Position numbers and translations under genes: made by a program. Of a DNA stretch of 64,000 nt, positions 28,330-41,229 are shown one piece after another (position 1 is the first letter of the stretch; the number at the start of each line of letters is the position of its first letter). The stretch spans positions 26,474,001-26,538,000 of the forward strand of contig OX597824.1 in the NCBI GenBank assembly GCA_951406725.2, in the 5' to 3' direction. This DNA comes from Octopus vulgaris (Eukaryota). The notes under the pieces are model-generated. The model saw only the letters and a list, made by a program, of their open reading frames with translations, was not told where the DNA came from and ran no database searches.

Positions 28330-28630
28330 TCTCGAAACTTCCTAGTAATGTGAAGCTCCAGACTCAGCTGAAGACCTGCCAAGGTTTGGAAAGTGAAACA
28401 GTCTCAGTAGAAGACAGCCATCTGCTACCATTCTCTGTGAGCAATACCACGCTAACAATTTATTGCGACCGGCATTAAAGGCGCACTCTGTATTCTATGA
28501 AAAGCAACCAAGTGATATAGACTACCTTGGGGAAATTTTATTCAATGATATAGCTACCTTTCATTTTGAAAGAGCAGACAAGATATTCAATTGTAGTGTA
28601 AGGAGTTATGAAAGACCTCACAAAATATTT
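28330..28630 (+). pseudogene. Highly decayed DD41D (rosa-like) Tc1/mariner transposase fragment
   Basis: YLGEILFNDIATFHFERADKIFNCSVRSYERPHKI resembles FLxxIxFSDEATFHLxGxVNxHNCRxWxxENPH; upstream EDLPRFGK resembles DxPRSGR. Confidence 0.45.
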
Positions 28631-28784
28631 TTGTTGTTGAATTCAATTGCCAGTGATCACTGGTTTTGAATTTTATAGATTACACAATATGGCGTATTTT
28701 TCATCCTTAGTCATTTGACATCCTTATAGCAGACGCTTTTTATCTTGGGTTCTTGAAAAATGCTTTGGCAATAGACATTACTTT

Positions 28785-29062
28785 TGAGCCCTATTCCAAA
28801 GCACGACAGTGTTCTCCTATATTGAGGTTTTGATATACTAGAATTTTTTATCCCTTGGAAGCCACGATTACACGTTATTGGAATCGATTATATTTGACTG
28901 ACACCCTGGAAAACCGCCAGCTTTTGCGTCTCCCAGGAGTATAAGTCAAATGATATCGCGCCTTCTAGAGCGTGCTCGAGGGTTCGAATAGTGAATATAC
29001 AATTTTTAAGACATTGGGAGAGCAGAAATGTGTCGATCTTTTGGTTACGGAATAGGCTTGAC
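28785..29062. repeat. Long degenerate inverted repeat (old fold-back element)
   Basis: Nested complementary blocks: cctattcc/ggaatagg, cgaca/tgtcg, tgttctcct/gggagagca, cccttgg/tcgaggg, atttgact/agtcaaat, cctgg/ccagg. Confidence 0.55.
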
Positions 29063-29599
29063 TTCGTCCCTAGGATTTCTACTTTGGCGGGGTTTTAGAG
29101 ATCAGTTCTACTCAACTGCAATCATAAATATTGAGCAGTTAAATTGAAGAAATATTGAAAATTTGAGCCACTATTTTCTTGAAAGACTCAATATTAACAG
29201 GTGAAAATGGTGCTGAATATGTATTCTGCACGGTAGCAAACATTTTGAATCCAAGACTAAATATGATAAAATAGCATTAACATTTTATTCTTTTCAAAAA
29301 TGCACTCTTTTTCTTGGTACTTTTTCGCTCATAGACTAAACGTCATTGGACTACGAAAGGGATTTTTGATACACATTTCATCCTATTGACGAGGAATTGG
29401 TCAGTCGGGGGTTATAGTACAAGACACTTACCACAAGTGCTGCACTATGGTACTGAACCCCAAATCACTTGCTTGCAAAGTGAGGTTCTTACCCACAGAG
29501 CTATCCTCTTTTCCTGTTTTTCTCTTCTATTTACTGAATATTTAATATTTAGTAGACATGCCCTTTGCATTTTTCAATGCAAGCACCCTATTTGGTATG

Positions 29600-30561
29600 T
29601 TACTGATCAGATGACAAATATTCTCTTGTAGAATTTCTTGCCGAGTTTCATGAGTGATCTCAAAATATCTGGTTTTGAAGATGCCTTCTTGTTCTTTTTA
29701 CGAAGTGTCGTGTCAATTATGTTCCATAGGTATTCAATAGGGATCATATCTGGTGACTGGCTTGGCCATGGAATCTTTTTAATGCCATTCTCATCCAACA
29801 AATCTTGGGTCATTTTAGCCGTGTGACAAGGAGCCCCATCTTCCATTAATAAAGAGTCTCCTTTAATCATTTCACCCCTGGAGAAGATTGGAAGGCGTTC
29901 TTTCTGCAATATGGACACATATTTATCTGAGTTTTATGTTTCTCTCACATACCACCAGCTCTGATTGATAATTGCTCCAATTTGCTCCTCAGACCATCAC
30001 AGAATAACTGCTGTTTTTCATTGTTGGCTGCAATCTTTTCACATCAAATTCTTGATCACAGAGTCACCAGACCCACATTCGACCACTGTCAAGAAATACA
30101 GCAAATCTGAACTCATCAGAGAATATGACAGTGCCACAAAATGCAAGTAGCCCCTCCACCATCTCACTGACCCAATCTTTTCTCCGCTTGATTTTGGTTG
30201 GTCGAACAAGTGGCTTCCTTTTTGCTGCTCCGCCATAGTAATTAAGTTTGTGGAAATACCTGACAGTTATTCTGGGACTGACATCAACTTACTCTGCTAT
30301 GTCAGAGGCCTTGCAACGAGGATTATCCTTCACACTTCTCTTAGCAAAGAGAAGGGTCCTGTCAGAGGGCCCTGGTTGATCTGGACAAGGCGATGTAAAC
30401 TCCTTCCCCTCTCTGGTGAATTGCACAAGCACTCTATTAACTTTAGAAAGCTGGATACCAATTTTTCTGCGATATTACGCTGACTATGTCCACCTTCAGA
30501 ATGATCCAAACTTACATTTTTGAAATTCAGACAGTTCCATGGCTTCTTTTGTACATGGCAT
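29600..30561 (-). pseudogene. Tc1-like DD34E transposase, decayed
   Basis: ELSEFQK...HSQRNIAEKL (HTH), IFSDEFRF, and MEDGAPCHTAK...WPSQSPDMIPIEYLW with exactly 34 residues between D and E; TIRs not recognised. Confidence 0.9.
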
Positions 30562-30683
30562 AATTAAACAGTTACATATAGAACCTGGAACATATAAATG
30601 TCAACCTTTACAAGTTACAATAAAAATAAAACGATGTTTTATGGGGTGTTTGCCTTCTTCCGTTATGTCTGTTTAGACATTAA

Positions 30684-30990
30684 CCCCTTACCCGGCAGAA
30701 ACGAATATATGCGTTTTGACCGAAATCGTTTTCTATCTCTGGCGAGTTAACTTGTCAAAAGATAGACTCGCCAAAATCGACAGCAAACGAGTTCCTTCGT
30801 CTAAAAACGGGTTAACTCGTTTCTGCCCAAAGCAGTAATTTAAAATCAATATTATTGAATTAAAATTCATAATAAATAAGGTTTGAAATATACCTCGAAA
30901 TCACCATTCAAAACATAGTAAAATAAAACAATTAAAAAATATGTCTGAAAAAAAATACATTTATTTTCAAAATAATTGTTGGGTAAGGGG
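30684..30990. mobile_element. piggyBac-type MITE, 307 bp
   Basis: TTAA|CCCCTTACCCggCA ... TGttGGGTAAGGGG|TTAA: TIRs starting with CCC and a TTAA duplication. Confidence 0.85.
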
Positions 30991-31052
30991 TTAAGTCGTT
31001 TGTAGTCTTTAACTTTTTCTAGAACTTTTAGTTTCGTAAATGATTAAATATG

Positions 31053-31650
31053 GATTTCAAATTTTGGCACAAGGTTAGCAATTTCAGGGGAGAGAGATAA
31101 GTCAATTACGTCGACACCAGTGTCAAACTTGTACTTATTTTATCGGCCCCGAAAGAAGGAAAGGCAAAGTCGACCTCGCTGGAATTTGAACTCAGAACAT
31201 AAAAACGGACAAAATGCAGCAAACCATTTTGACCGTTGTGTTAATGATTCTTATTTCTTTATTGCCCACAAGGGGTTAAACACAGAGGGGACAAACAAGG
31301 GATTAAGTGGATTACATCGACGCCAGTGCGTAACTGGTACTTAATTTATCGAACCAGTAAGGATGAAAGGCAAAGTCGACCTCGGCGGAATTTGAACTCA
31401 CAACGTAACGGCAGACGAAATACCTATTTCTTTACTACCCACAAGGGGCTAAACTTAGAGGGGACAAACAAGGACAGACAAACGGATTAATTCGATTGGA
31501 TCGACCCCAGCGCGTAACTGGTACTTATTTAATTGATCCGAAATGATGAAAAGCAAAGTCGACCTCGGCGGAATTTGAACTCACAACGTAACGGCAGACG
31601 AAAAACAGTTAAGCATTTCGTCCGTCACGCCAACGATTCTGCCAGCTCGC
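31053..31650 (-). mobile_element. Three head-to-tail SINE family B copies
   Basis: Core aaaggcaaagtcgacctcggcggaatttgaactc occurs three times; one tail-B and two tail-A copies. Confidence 0.9.
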
Positions 31651-32627
31651 TGTCTTGTAAATATCTAAATATTTACGCAGATATTTCAAAGATCTTTACT
31701 TTCTTTGCATTGCATATTTCTTTCGTAGCACCCTTTGTAAACCTTTGTCGACTACTTTGTAAATCATTTTCGATCCCCTTTTTTCCTTTTAGAGAATACC
31801 CTCGAGAAAAAAATAACAATAACAAAATAACCAAACAAACAAAAAAAAAAAAAACAGAACAAAAACAGCCATAGCCCAGTGCAGCGAGATTCTGTGATTT
31901 TGGAAACTAACCAAGTCAATATTCCCGCTTTCTTGAAATCATACAAGCAGAAAATTTCTTGTTCAACCAATCAAGAACGTTTCTTTGGAAATGTGCAGGA
32001 AAATCACCAGGCATAAAGTAAAATGTCTTGTAAATTAATTGATTGTGAAGTTTCCTAAACTGGAAGTGGTTCGCTTATTTCGTAATTTTTGTTAATATTT
32101 TCGTATTTTTCTTTCCTAATAGACGGTGGTAATTTTCATCATAAATTTTGTCATAAAGAGAGAAGGGATTAATCAATGAATCAGTAACTAATACATGCCA
32201 CAAATTCACTTTTGATGTCGAATACCGCTACTTTATTTCAGCGAGGAAAAAAAACAAAATTAGCATGGAGTATGGCTTTGTTCCCGTGCTACGGCAAGAA
32301 ATAGCAGTTACAATTATTAATTTTGCACCCTAATATGAAAATGAATAATGATTTTCACCCCTTTGTGAAATAAACGAAAATCCAAGCGAAATATTTCCCA
32401 TCATGCCACACTTCAAGCAAAGTCTTTCCACAAAACGAAGACGCCCTCTGCTTCTCGAGTTGATAGGCTTTGTTAAAACTAACAGCCATAAATCCTTGAA
32501 GCCACCTTCAGCGTGGTCGTCCGATTTGTTAGAAATAGTAGCCAAATGTAGATTATGCAACACAGTCTTTAAAAGAAATTATAGAATATTGTGTTTCTTG
32601 ACATATACTCTTTTACTCTTTTAATAT

Positions 32628-32800
32628 TTTACTTGTTTCAGTCATTTGACTGTGGCCATGCTGGAGCAAATCGACCCCAGGACTTATTCTTTGTAAGCCT
32701 AGTACTTATTCTATCGGTCCCTTTTGCCGAACCGCTAAGTTACGGGGGCGTAAACACACCAGCATCGGTTGTCAAGCGATATTGGGGCGACAAACACACA
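32628..32800 (-). mobile_element. SINE family A 3' half
   Basis: acttgtttcagtcatttgactgtggccatgctggagca...gaaccgctaagttacgggg. Confidence 0.88.
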
Positions 32801-33035
32801 CACACACACACACACACACGCGCGCGCGCATGCGCACAATTCGGCGCAAAAAGCGGAAACAAACATCATAAAGCATTTTTCGCAATTTCGTCGTGCCAAC
32901 TGCGACCCAGTCACTGAGACAAGTCCATTGCGCTTGCTTTGAAGCAATGCTGTCGCCAGTATACATAGGCGTCAGGACTTTTACAAATATAATATAATGT
33001 GTTACATATGATATAATGTAATATGATAAATTTTA

Positions 33036-33240
33036 AGCGGCACACTGGCAGAATCGTTAGCACGCCTGGCAAAATGCTTAACGCCATTTCGTCCGTCTTT
33101 ACGTTCTGTGTTCGAATTCCGCCGAAGTCGACTTTATTTCTTAATCTTTCGGAGTCGATAAAAAGTTGTGCACTGGGGTCAATTTTATCGACCTCTCCCC
33201 CCAAACCTGCTGGCTTTGTGGCAAAATAATTTGAAACTAA
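33036..33240 (+). mobile_element. SINE family B, tail type B
   Basis: ctggcagaatcgttagcacgcc...gttcgaattccgccgaagtcgacttt. Confidence 0.85.
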
Positions 33241-33341
33241 CGTAGTAAGATAATTTAATTTATATGCACGTATGTATGTCTCCTCTTGTCTCGTCTCTCT
33301 CTCTCTCTCTCTCTCTCTTTATCTCTCTCTCATATCTCTCT

Positions 33342-33383
<42 letters not shown>

Positions 33384-33386
<3 letters not shown>

Positions 33387-33757
33387 CGCAGGAGTGGCTG
33401 TGTGGTAAGTAGCTTGCTTACCAACCACATGGTTCCGCGTTCATTCCCACTGCCTGGCACCTTGGGTAAGTGTCTTCTACTATAGTCTTGCGTCGACCAA
33501 AGCCTTGTGTGTGGATTTGGTAGACGGAAACTGAAAGAAGCCCGTTGTATATACGTATATGTATGTGTGTGTATATGTTTGTGTATCTGTGTTTGTCTCC
33601 CCAACATCGCTTGACAACCAATGGTGGTGTGTTTACGTCCCTGTAACTTAGCGGTTCGGCAAAAGAGAACGATAGAATAAGTACTAGGCTTCCAAAGAAG
33701 GCGGTGCTCCATTTCTTTATTGCCGCAGTCAAATGCCTGAAACAAATAAAAGAGAAA
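33384..33757 (+). mobile_element. SINE family A, near full length
   Basis: Complete head ggcgcaggagtggctgtgtggtaag through tail gaaacaaataaaagag. Confidence 0.92.
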
Positions 33758-33819
33758 AACTATATATATATATATATATATATCTCGCTTTCTCTCTCTC
33801 TTGCTCTAGCTCTCTCCTA

Positions 33820-34106
33820 CTTGATCTGTTGATCGGAACAGCCTACTCGGGAACTTAACATGTAAGTGGCTGAGCATTCCACAGATACGCGTACCCATAA
33901 CGTAGTTCTCGGGGAGATTCAGTGTGAGTGTGAGGCAGAAGTCTAGCCCTTTGAATTACAGGTACAATTCATTTTTGCCAGCTGAGTGGACTGGAGCAAT
34001 ATGAAAAAAATATCTTGCCCAAAGACTGAAGATGCTGCCAAGAATCGAACTCTCGAACTTACTATCTTAAGTAAATACCCTAACCACTAAACCACGCGCC
34101 TTTACA
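33820..34106 (-). mobile_element. SINE family C (tRNA head, CORE-like centre)
   Basis: Reverse-complement homology to 39735-40058. Confidence 0.75.
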
Positions 34107-35084
34107 CAATAACAACAAAACCTACAACAAAAGCTAAATTCATGATCTAGCAGTCCTTTGCGTTATATAATCATAAATTTCGCTTCTTTAAACTTCAGAA
34201 ATACATAAACAGATACAATAATAACTTGTTGTTTTAGAAAATCTTGATTCAATTTAAGGTATTAACCACATCATCGACATCACCATATTTTTGGATCCAA
34301 AGGTAAAACATGACAAAAATATTTTCTGATAAGCCTAATTCCGATGAATATAGAAGAAAACAAGATTTAAATAATTAAATATTCCACATCGTAAGCAAAT
34401 CCTCTGACTGAATTGGTGAATTTAAATACAACAACCATCTTGTTTCTTATCGATTTATATATATATATATATGTGTACACATGTGTATGCATGTATGTAT
34501 GTATGTATGTATGTTTGTATGTATGTATGTATGTATGTATATATGTATGTATACATTTGTTTGTCTGTCTATCTGCTTGTCAGATACAAATATACAGATA
34601 CAAATATACGCGTACAAATATAGGTACAAATATACACAAATATACAAATGCATACATATGGTATATTTAATTATTTATATATATATGCATGAACACTCAC
34701 ACACACTCACACACACATTCATAAATATGCGCAGGTACAAATTATATATATATATATATATATGTACATGCATACATACTTGCATACTTACATAAGTACA
34801 TTCACACACGCACACACTCACACTCACACAGACACAGACACAGACACACACACACATGTATGTATCCGTTAAATTCACAGGGACAGTTAAGGACTGAACA
34901 AAATGGTGTAGAATACGCGATAGTTGATAGCACAGCCTCTTGCGCGATAACACTCGTGTTGAGGCACCTCTATTTACTTGCAGTATGTTCTTGATGGGGG
35001 GAAATTTTCTCCCAGTGATAACGTTTGGTGCTGATTATTATCAAGGATCATTAGTCTGTAGCACATCAAATGACTATAGTATTT

Positions 35085-35485
35085 TCTACTCTAGGCACAA
35101 GGCCCGAAATTTTGGGGGAGGGGGACGATTAGATCGACCCATTATGCAACTTAATTTATCGACTCCGAAAGGATGAAAGGCAAAGTTGACTTCGACGGAA
35201 TTTGAACTCAGAACATAAAGACAGCTAAGCATTTCGCCCGGCGTGCTGACGTTTCTTATTTCTTTATTACCCACAAGGAGCTAAACACAGAGGGGACAAA
35301 CAAGGACAGACAGATGGGTTAAATCGATTACAGCGACCCCAGTGCGTAACTGGTACTTAATTTATCGACCCCGAAAGGATGAAAGGCAAAGTCGACCTCG
35401 GCGGAATTTGAACTCTGAACGTAACGGCAGACGAAATACCGCTAGGCATTTCGCCCGGCGTGCTAACGTTTCTGCCAGCTCGCTG
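35085..35485 (-). mobile_element. Two fused SINE family B copies (tail A + tail B)
   Basis: Core repeated twice; junction gctgacgtttc|ttatttctttatt. Confidence 0.9.
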
Positions 35486-35926
35486 CTATATATCAAATGG
35501 CCTATATTGTCCTTGAATGGACAACATAGTTATTTGATATTCGCAACAGTGTGAAACTTTTGTTGAATGCTTATTAGCAAGACACAAATGTAGGAACGCT
35601 TGTCCTTGCCGTTAGGATTTTAGAATCACGTTCGTAATGGTTCGCTCCCTGGACTGGGTGGAGTATTGCGTTCTTGGGAAACGAATATTTATTCCACAAA
35701 GTATCTCATTTCATATCACACCAGTTTCAAATTGGCTGGAAAAATGTGGAACGAAACCTTTTTTCCAAAAGCACAACGCTGATACTGAGTTGTAACTACT
35801 TCCTGAGTGTTGCCTAGAGACTGTTGGCACCAAGTTTAGAAAATACAAGATGATGATAGCCTTGGATGGGTACAACACACATTATAATATATGTATGTAT
35901 GCATGTGTGTATATATGTATGTATGC

Positions 35927-35957
<31 letters not shown>

Positions 35958-36439
35958 TGTATGTATGTATGTATGTATGTATGTATGTATACGTGCAGAT
36001 TTATATGCTTTGTATATAATTTCATGTATATATTTGCATATCTAGACATGCTAAAAAAAAACTTAAATGATAAACTTCTGGGAAATTTTACATATGTCTA
36101 CAGTTCCCACTTTCCTACTTTTGAGAAGCCTAATTTCTCAAGATTCGTATATAGGCAGTTTTTATATGTGTATATATATATATGTGTATACGCACACACG
36201 TACACACACACACATACACACACACACGCACACACACGTATATCTATACATACATGCATACATACATATATACATGAATATAAGTAATATTGTACTACTA
36301 GTTTCATCCTCCTCTTCTTTTACCTCCTCCTCCTCCTCCTCCTCCTCCTCCTACTACTACTACTACTTTAACTGTTAATTCTGATGATATTTCAATTCAA
36401 AAGTGTAAAGCGATGGGCAAGATGTCCTGGCTAACATGG

Positions 36440-36507
<68 letters not shown>

Positions 36508-37190
36508 GAGAGAAGAGACATGAAAAGAGGTAGAATGAGTGAAGGAAATGGAAGTAATAGAGAATGTTATGAGGGGGCTTTCTTCGTAATGTGTGTGTGG
36601 GTGTGCGTGTGTATATATGTATGCATTTGCGCGTGTGTATACGTGTGTTTACGTAGGTGTATGTTTCTGTATGTGTGAATGAAGGTGTTGAGGTGGCGTG
36701 AGTGTGGTGGCAATATGAGAGAGTGACGTGTGAAAACTGAGCAGAAATAACAGGAGAGGAAGGAGGCTGGAGTGAAGGCTGAGGAGGAGGCTGAGGTGGA
36801 GGTTGAGTTATATGCTGAGGAGGAGAAGGAGGAGAATGCGTAGGAATAGCAGGTGGTGGTAGTGGCGATGGTAGGGAAGGTGTTGGAAAAGATTGTGGAG
36901 GAGAAAGTGATGTGGGCGGAGGGGGAGGAGAATGGTAGGAGTTGCATCTGTGTAAAGTGAAAGTAACGAGTGTGGGTAGATGAGTGGAGTGGAATAGATT
37001 TCATCAATGTGGTCGAGTATGAGTGTAAGTGAGGCACGCTTACGTGTGAAATTAAATGGCGGAGTGTCAGTTTGGCTATGGATAGTGTCAAGTGAAGGTG
37101 TAGTTTCGTGGTGTTAGTTTAGTGTAAGAAAAGGTGAGGTTGGAAACCTGGCGGATATGATGTAGGGTGTATAATAACAACAACAACAAC

Positions 37191-37252
<62 letters not shown>

Positions 37253-37281
37253 TAATACTACTAATAATAATAATAATAATG

Positions 37282-37333
<52 letters not shown>

Positions 37334-37334
37334 T

Positions 37335-37548
37335 CTTTTACTCTTTTACTCTTTTACTTGTTTCGGTCATTTGACTGTGGCCATGCTGGAACACCGCTTT
37401 TAGTCGAGCAAATTGACATCAGGACATATTCTTTGTAAGCCTAGTTCTTATTCTATCGGTCTCTTTGCTGAACCGCTAAGTTACGGGGACGTAAACACAC
37501 AGCATCGGTTGTCAAGCGATGTTGGGGGGACAAACACAGACACACAAA
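37335..37548 (-). mobile_element. SINE family A 3' half, abutting a Dong/R4 fragment
   Basis: (cttttact)n tail and body up to the internal microsatellite. Confidence 0.88.
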
Positions 37549-38044
37549 CACCAGAAAAGGTCACAGAAAACGAGAAAGCAACCATACTCTGGGATATGCC
37601 GATACACACAGATAGAGAAATTAAGGCCAACAGACCAGATATAGTTGTCAGAGACCATGAAGAAAAAAAAATGCTTTCTAATTGATGTATCAATACCGGC
37701 TGATGACAACGTGTCTCTAAAAGAAATGGAGAAACTCTCAAAATACAAAGACCTGGAAATAGAGGTAACTAGAATGTGGAATCTGAAAACAGAAACAATT
37801 CCTATCATAGTAGGTGCATTAGGCATGATAAAAAAATATTCAGACAAATACATAACAAAAACACCAGGACTTACAAACACATACAACATACAGAAAATTG
37901 CACTACTAGGCACTGCACACGTCCTACGCAGAACACTTTCCATACAATAACCATCAGAGCATCACAACAAATCATAGCACATACCCAAGGCACACAGAGC
38001 TGCGCTCGGTAGTGAAGTGAAAGCACGCTATAGAAATAAACCTA

Positions 38045-38047
<3 letters not shown>
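37549..38047 (+). mobile_element. 3' end of a Dong/R4-clade non-LTR retrotransposon (restriction-like endonuclease + 3' UTR) ending at (AAT)n
   Basis: PEKVTENEKATILWDMPIHTDREIKANRPDIVVRDHEEKK/(+1 in A-run)CFLIDVSIPADDNVSLKEMEKLSKYKDLEIEVTRMW...IPIIVGALG...* at 37950; RPD..D..P..K..KY is the RLE signature; Dong elements target TAA repeats. Confidence 0.92.
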
Positions 38048-38097
<50 letters not shown>

Positions 38098-38099
<2 letters not shown>

Positions 38100-38312
38100 G
38101 TTTCAAATTTTGGCACAAGGACAACAAGTCAGCGGTAGAGAGTAAGACCACCACATCGACCCTAGTGTTCTACTGGTACTTATTTTATCGACTGCGAGAG
38201 GATGAAAAGCAACGCCAACGGCAGCAGAATTCGAATACCAGAGCGTAAAGACATGAGAAATGCTGTCAGGCATTTTGTTCGGCTTTCGATTGATTCTGCC
38301 AGCTCACCGCCT
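38098..38312 (-). mobile_element. SINE family B, tail type B, diverged
   Basis: (aat)n-ggtttcaaattttggcacaagg...ctgccagctcaccgcc. Confidence 0.8.
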
Positions 38313-38681
38313 TAACAATAACAACAACGACAACAGTTAAATGATTACCGTTTTTTTTAGATTGGCCACACGGATATCAAAGCGAATTACGACAGTAAAA
38401 ATGACAGTACAAAGACGTCAGTGTAGATTTACGTAAAACCGTTGAAAGAATAATAATTAACAAAACATTCTAACAGCAAAATGTCCCAATTGGTGGGAAA
38501 CGCCACCCAGGGTCGTTTCGGCAAGTGAGGACTGATAGAATGAGTACCAGACCTAAGAAAATGTCCAAAACATTCAAGGTGGTGTCCAGCATGGCCGCAG
38601 TTCAACGACTTGAAACAAGTAGAAATGTGAAAGATTGTGTCCTTCGTTATTCAAGACAGTAAGGTGAGATTTGCAGGAGGT

Positions 38682-39078
38682 TTTACTCTTTTACTTGTTT
38701 CAGTCATTTGACTGCGACCATGCTGGAGCACCGCCTTTAGTTTAGCAAATCGACCCCGGGACTTATTCTTTGTAAACCCAGTACTTATTTTATTGGTCAC
38801 TCTTTCGCCGAACCGCTAAGTTACGGGGACGTAAACACACCAGCATCGGTTGTCAAGCAATGCTAGGGGGACAAACACAGACACAAACATACACACACAC
38901 ATATATATATATATATGCATATATACGACAGGCTTCTTTCAGTTTCCGTCTACCAAATCCACTCACAAAGCATTGGTCGGCCCGGGGTTATAGCAGAAGA
39001 CACTTGCCCAAGATGCCACGCAGTGGGAGTGAATCCGGAACCATGTGGTTGGTAAGCAAGCTACTTACCACACAGCCT
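38682..39078 (-). mobile_element. SINE family A, full length
   Basis: Colinear with the other family A copies. Confidence 0.92.
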
Positions 39079-39437
39079 ATTAATAACTATTCGATCGAGC
39101 AAGCACAAAGACGTTTCCTTGTGTTTTCGTGCATGCATTGGGAACTCATTCTGTGTTGGAAAGTTCTGAGCTCTAAAGGTTAAAATGCAAGGATGAGAGG
39201 CGAAGTCGACTTTGGCGGAGTTTGAACTCAGAATGTAAAAAAAGCCAGAAGAAACGTCACAAACATTTTTTCCAGGAGTTAACAACAACAACAGCAGCAG
39301 TAGCAGCAGTACCACCACCACCACCACCACCACCACGGCCACCACCACCACCACAACAATAATAATGATTCTAATTTTGGCATAAGGTCGGTACTTTTGA
39401 GAGTATTTGTGTATATAGCCGAGCAAAGTCTATTACA

Positions 39438-39672
39438 TATTTATTTCTTTATTACCCACAGGGGACTAAACATAGAGAGGACAAACAAGGACAAGGGTAC
39501 TAAGTCGATTACATCGACCCCAGTGCGTAACTGGTACTTATTTAAATTTAATCCACTCAGAAAGGATGAAAGGTAAAGTCGACCTCGGCGAAATTTGAAC
39601 TCAGAACGTGGCGGCAGACGAAATATCGCTGGGCATTTCGCCTGGCGTGCTAACGTTTCTGCCAGCTCGCCA
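39438..39672 (-). mobile_element. SINE family B, tail type A, full length
   Basis: tatttctttattacccaca...ctgccagctcgcc; flanked by repeated caagtctattacatatt-like sequence (39424-39440 and 39677-39693), a probable TSD. Confidence 0.88.
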
Positions 39673-39734
39673 GCCTCAAGTCTATTACATATTACATCGA
39701 CTCCAATGCTTAGCTGGTTTTTTACTTCATCTCC

Positions 39735-40058
39735 GGTGAAGGCATGTGGCTTGGTGATAAGGTATTCTGCTCACGATGATAAGGTCATGGGTTCGATATT
39801 CGGCATCACATTGTGTCCTTGAGCAAGACACTTTATTTCACGTTGCTCTCGACCGCTAAACTAGCAAAAATGAGTAGTACCTGTAGTTCAAAGAACCAGC
39901 TTTGTCACGTTCTCTGTCACACTGAATCTCCCTGAGAACTATGTTAAGTATACACGTGTCTGTGGAGTTCTCAGCTATTTGCATGTTGATTCCACGAGCC
40001 GGCTGTTCCGTTGATCGGATCGACTGGAACACTGATCGACGTAACTGACAGAGTGTCA
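39735..40058 (+). mobile_element. SINE family C (tRNA head, CORE-like centre)
   Basis: gtggcttggtgataagg...gggttcgat...tgtgtccttgagcaagacactttatttcacgttgct. Confidence 0.78.
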
Positions 40059-40170
40059 GGACTTCACCTCTGTGCGGCATCTTGGGTAAGTGTCTTCCCC
40101 TGTAACCTTGAGCAGATCAATATCTTGTGAGTGAATTTGGTAGATGGAAACTGTGTGGGAACCTGTCACC

Positions 40171-40222
<52 letters not shown>

Positions 40223-40252
40223 TACATATATGTATATGTATACATATGTATG

Positions 40253-40556
40253 TGGAGGCGCAATGGCCCAGTGGTTAGGGCAGTGGACTTGCGGTCGGAG
40301 GATCTCGGTTTCGATTCCCAGAACGAGCGTTGTGTATGTTTATTGAGCGAAAACACCTAAAGCTCCAGGAGGCTCCGGCAGCGGTGGTGGCGACCCCTGT
40401 TGTACTCTTTCGCCACAACTTTCACTCACTCTCTCTTCCTGTTTCTTGAGTAACGCTGCGATGGACTGGCGTCCCGTCCAACTGGGGGGAGCGCATACGC
40501 CATAGAAACCGGGAAACCGGGCCCGTGAGCCTGGCTAGGCTTGAAAAGGGTGCATA
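40253..40556 (+). mobile_element. SINE family D, full length (tRNA head, V-domain-like segment, tail 1, then (TAAA)n)
   Basis: A box tggcccagtggttagg, B box ggtttcgattccc; ctgcgatggactggcgtcccgtcca resembles the V-SINE core. Confidence 0.85.
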
Positions 40557-40834
40557 AATAAATAAATAAATACATATGTATATATGTGCATGTGTATATG
40601 TATATATGTGCAAGATTTTGTGTTTGTGTTTTCCCGCATTACACCCCGGTTTATAACTGTTGTTTGTTTATTTACGTCCCGTAAATTAGCGCTTGAGCAA
40701 AAAAGATCGACAAAGTATCAGACCTTAAAAATAATATTTTGGAGTCACTTTGTTCGACCTAACCCCGCAAGGCAGTGCCCCAACATGACCGCAGTCCAAT
40801 GATTGAAACAAAGAAAATGAAAGTTTAAAAAATA

Positions 40835-41229
40835 GTAAGTAGCTTGCTTAACAACCACATGGTTCCGGGTTCAGTCCCACTGCGTGGCACCTTGGGCAAG
40901 TGTCTTCTACTATAGCCTCGTGTCGACCAAAGCCTTGTGAGTGGATTTGGTAGACGGAAACTGAAAGAGTCTCGTCGAATATATGTATATGTATATGTAT
41001 GTATGTGTATGTATATGTTTGTGTGTCTGTGTTTGTCCCCCAAACATCGCTTGACAACCGATGCTGGTATGTTTACGTACCCGCAACTTAGCGGTTCAGC
41101 AAAAAGAAACCGATAGAATAAGTAATAGGCTTACAATGGATAAGTCCTGGGGTCGATTTGCTCGACGAAAAGCGGTGCTCCAGCATGACCGCAGTCAAGT
41201 GACTGAAACAAGTAAAAGAGTAAAAGAGT
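40835..41229 (+). mobile_element. SINE family A, near full length
   Basis: Ends gaaacaagtaaaagagtaaaagag. Confidence 0.92.

Noticed and set aside
32825-32836. NRF1-like GCGCATGCGC as a promoter mark
   Set aside because: Arises at the edge of a (CA)n/(CG)n microsatellite; no other promoter evidence
40253-40325. tRNA gene
   Set aside because: A and B boxes present, but no proper acceptor stem and it continues into a repeated SINE body
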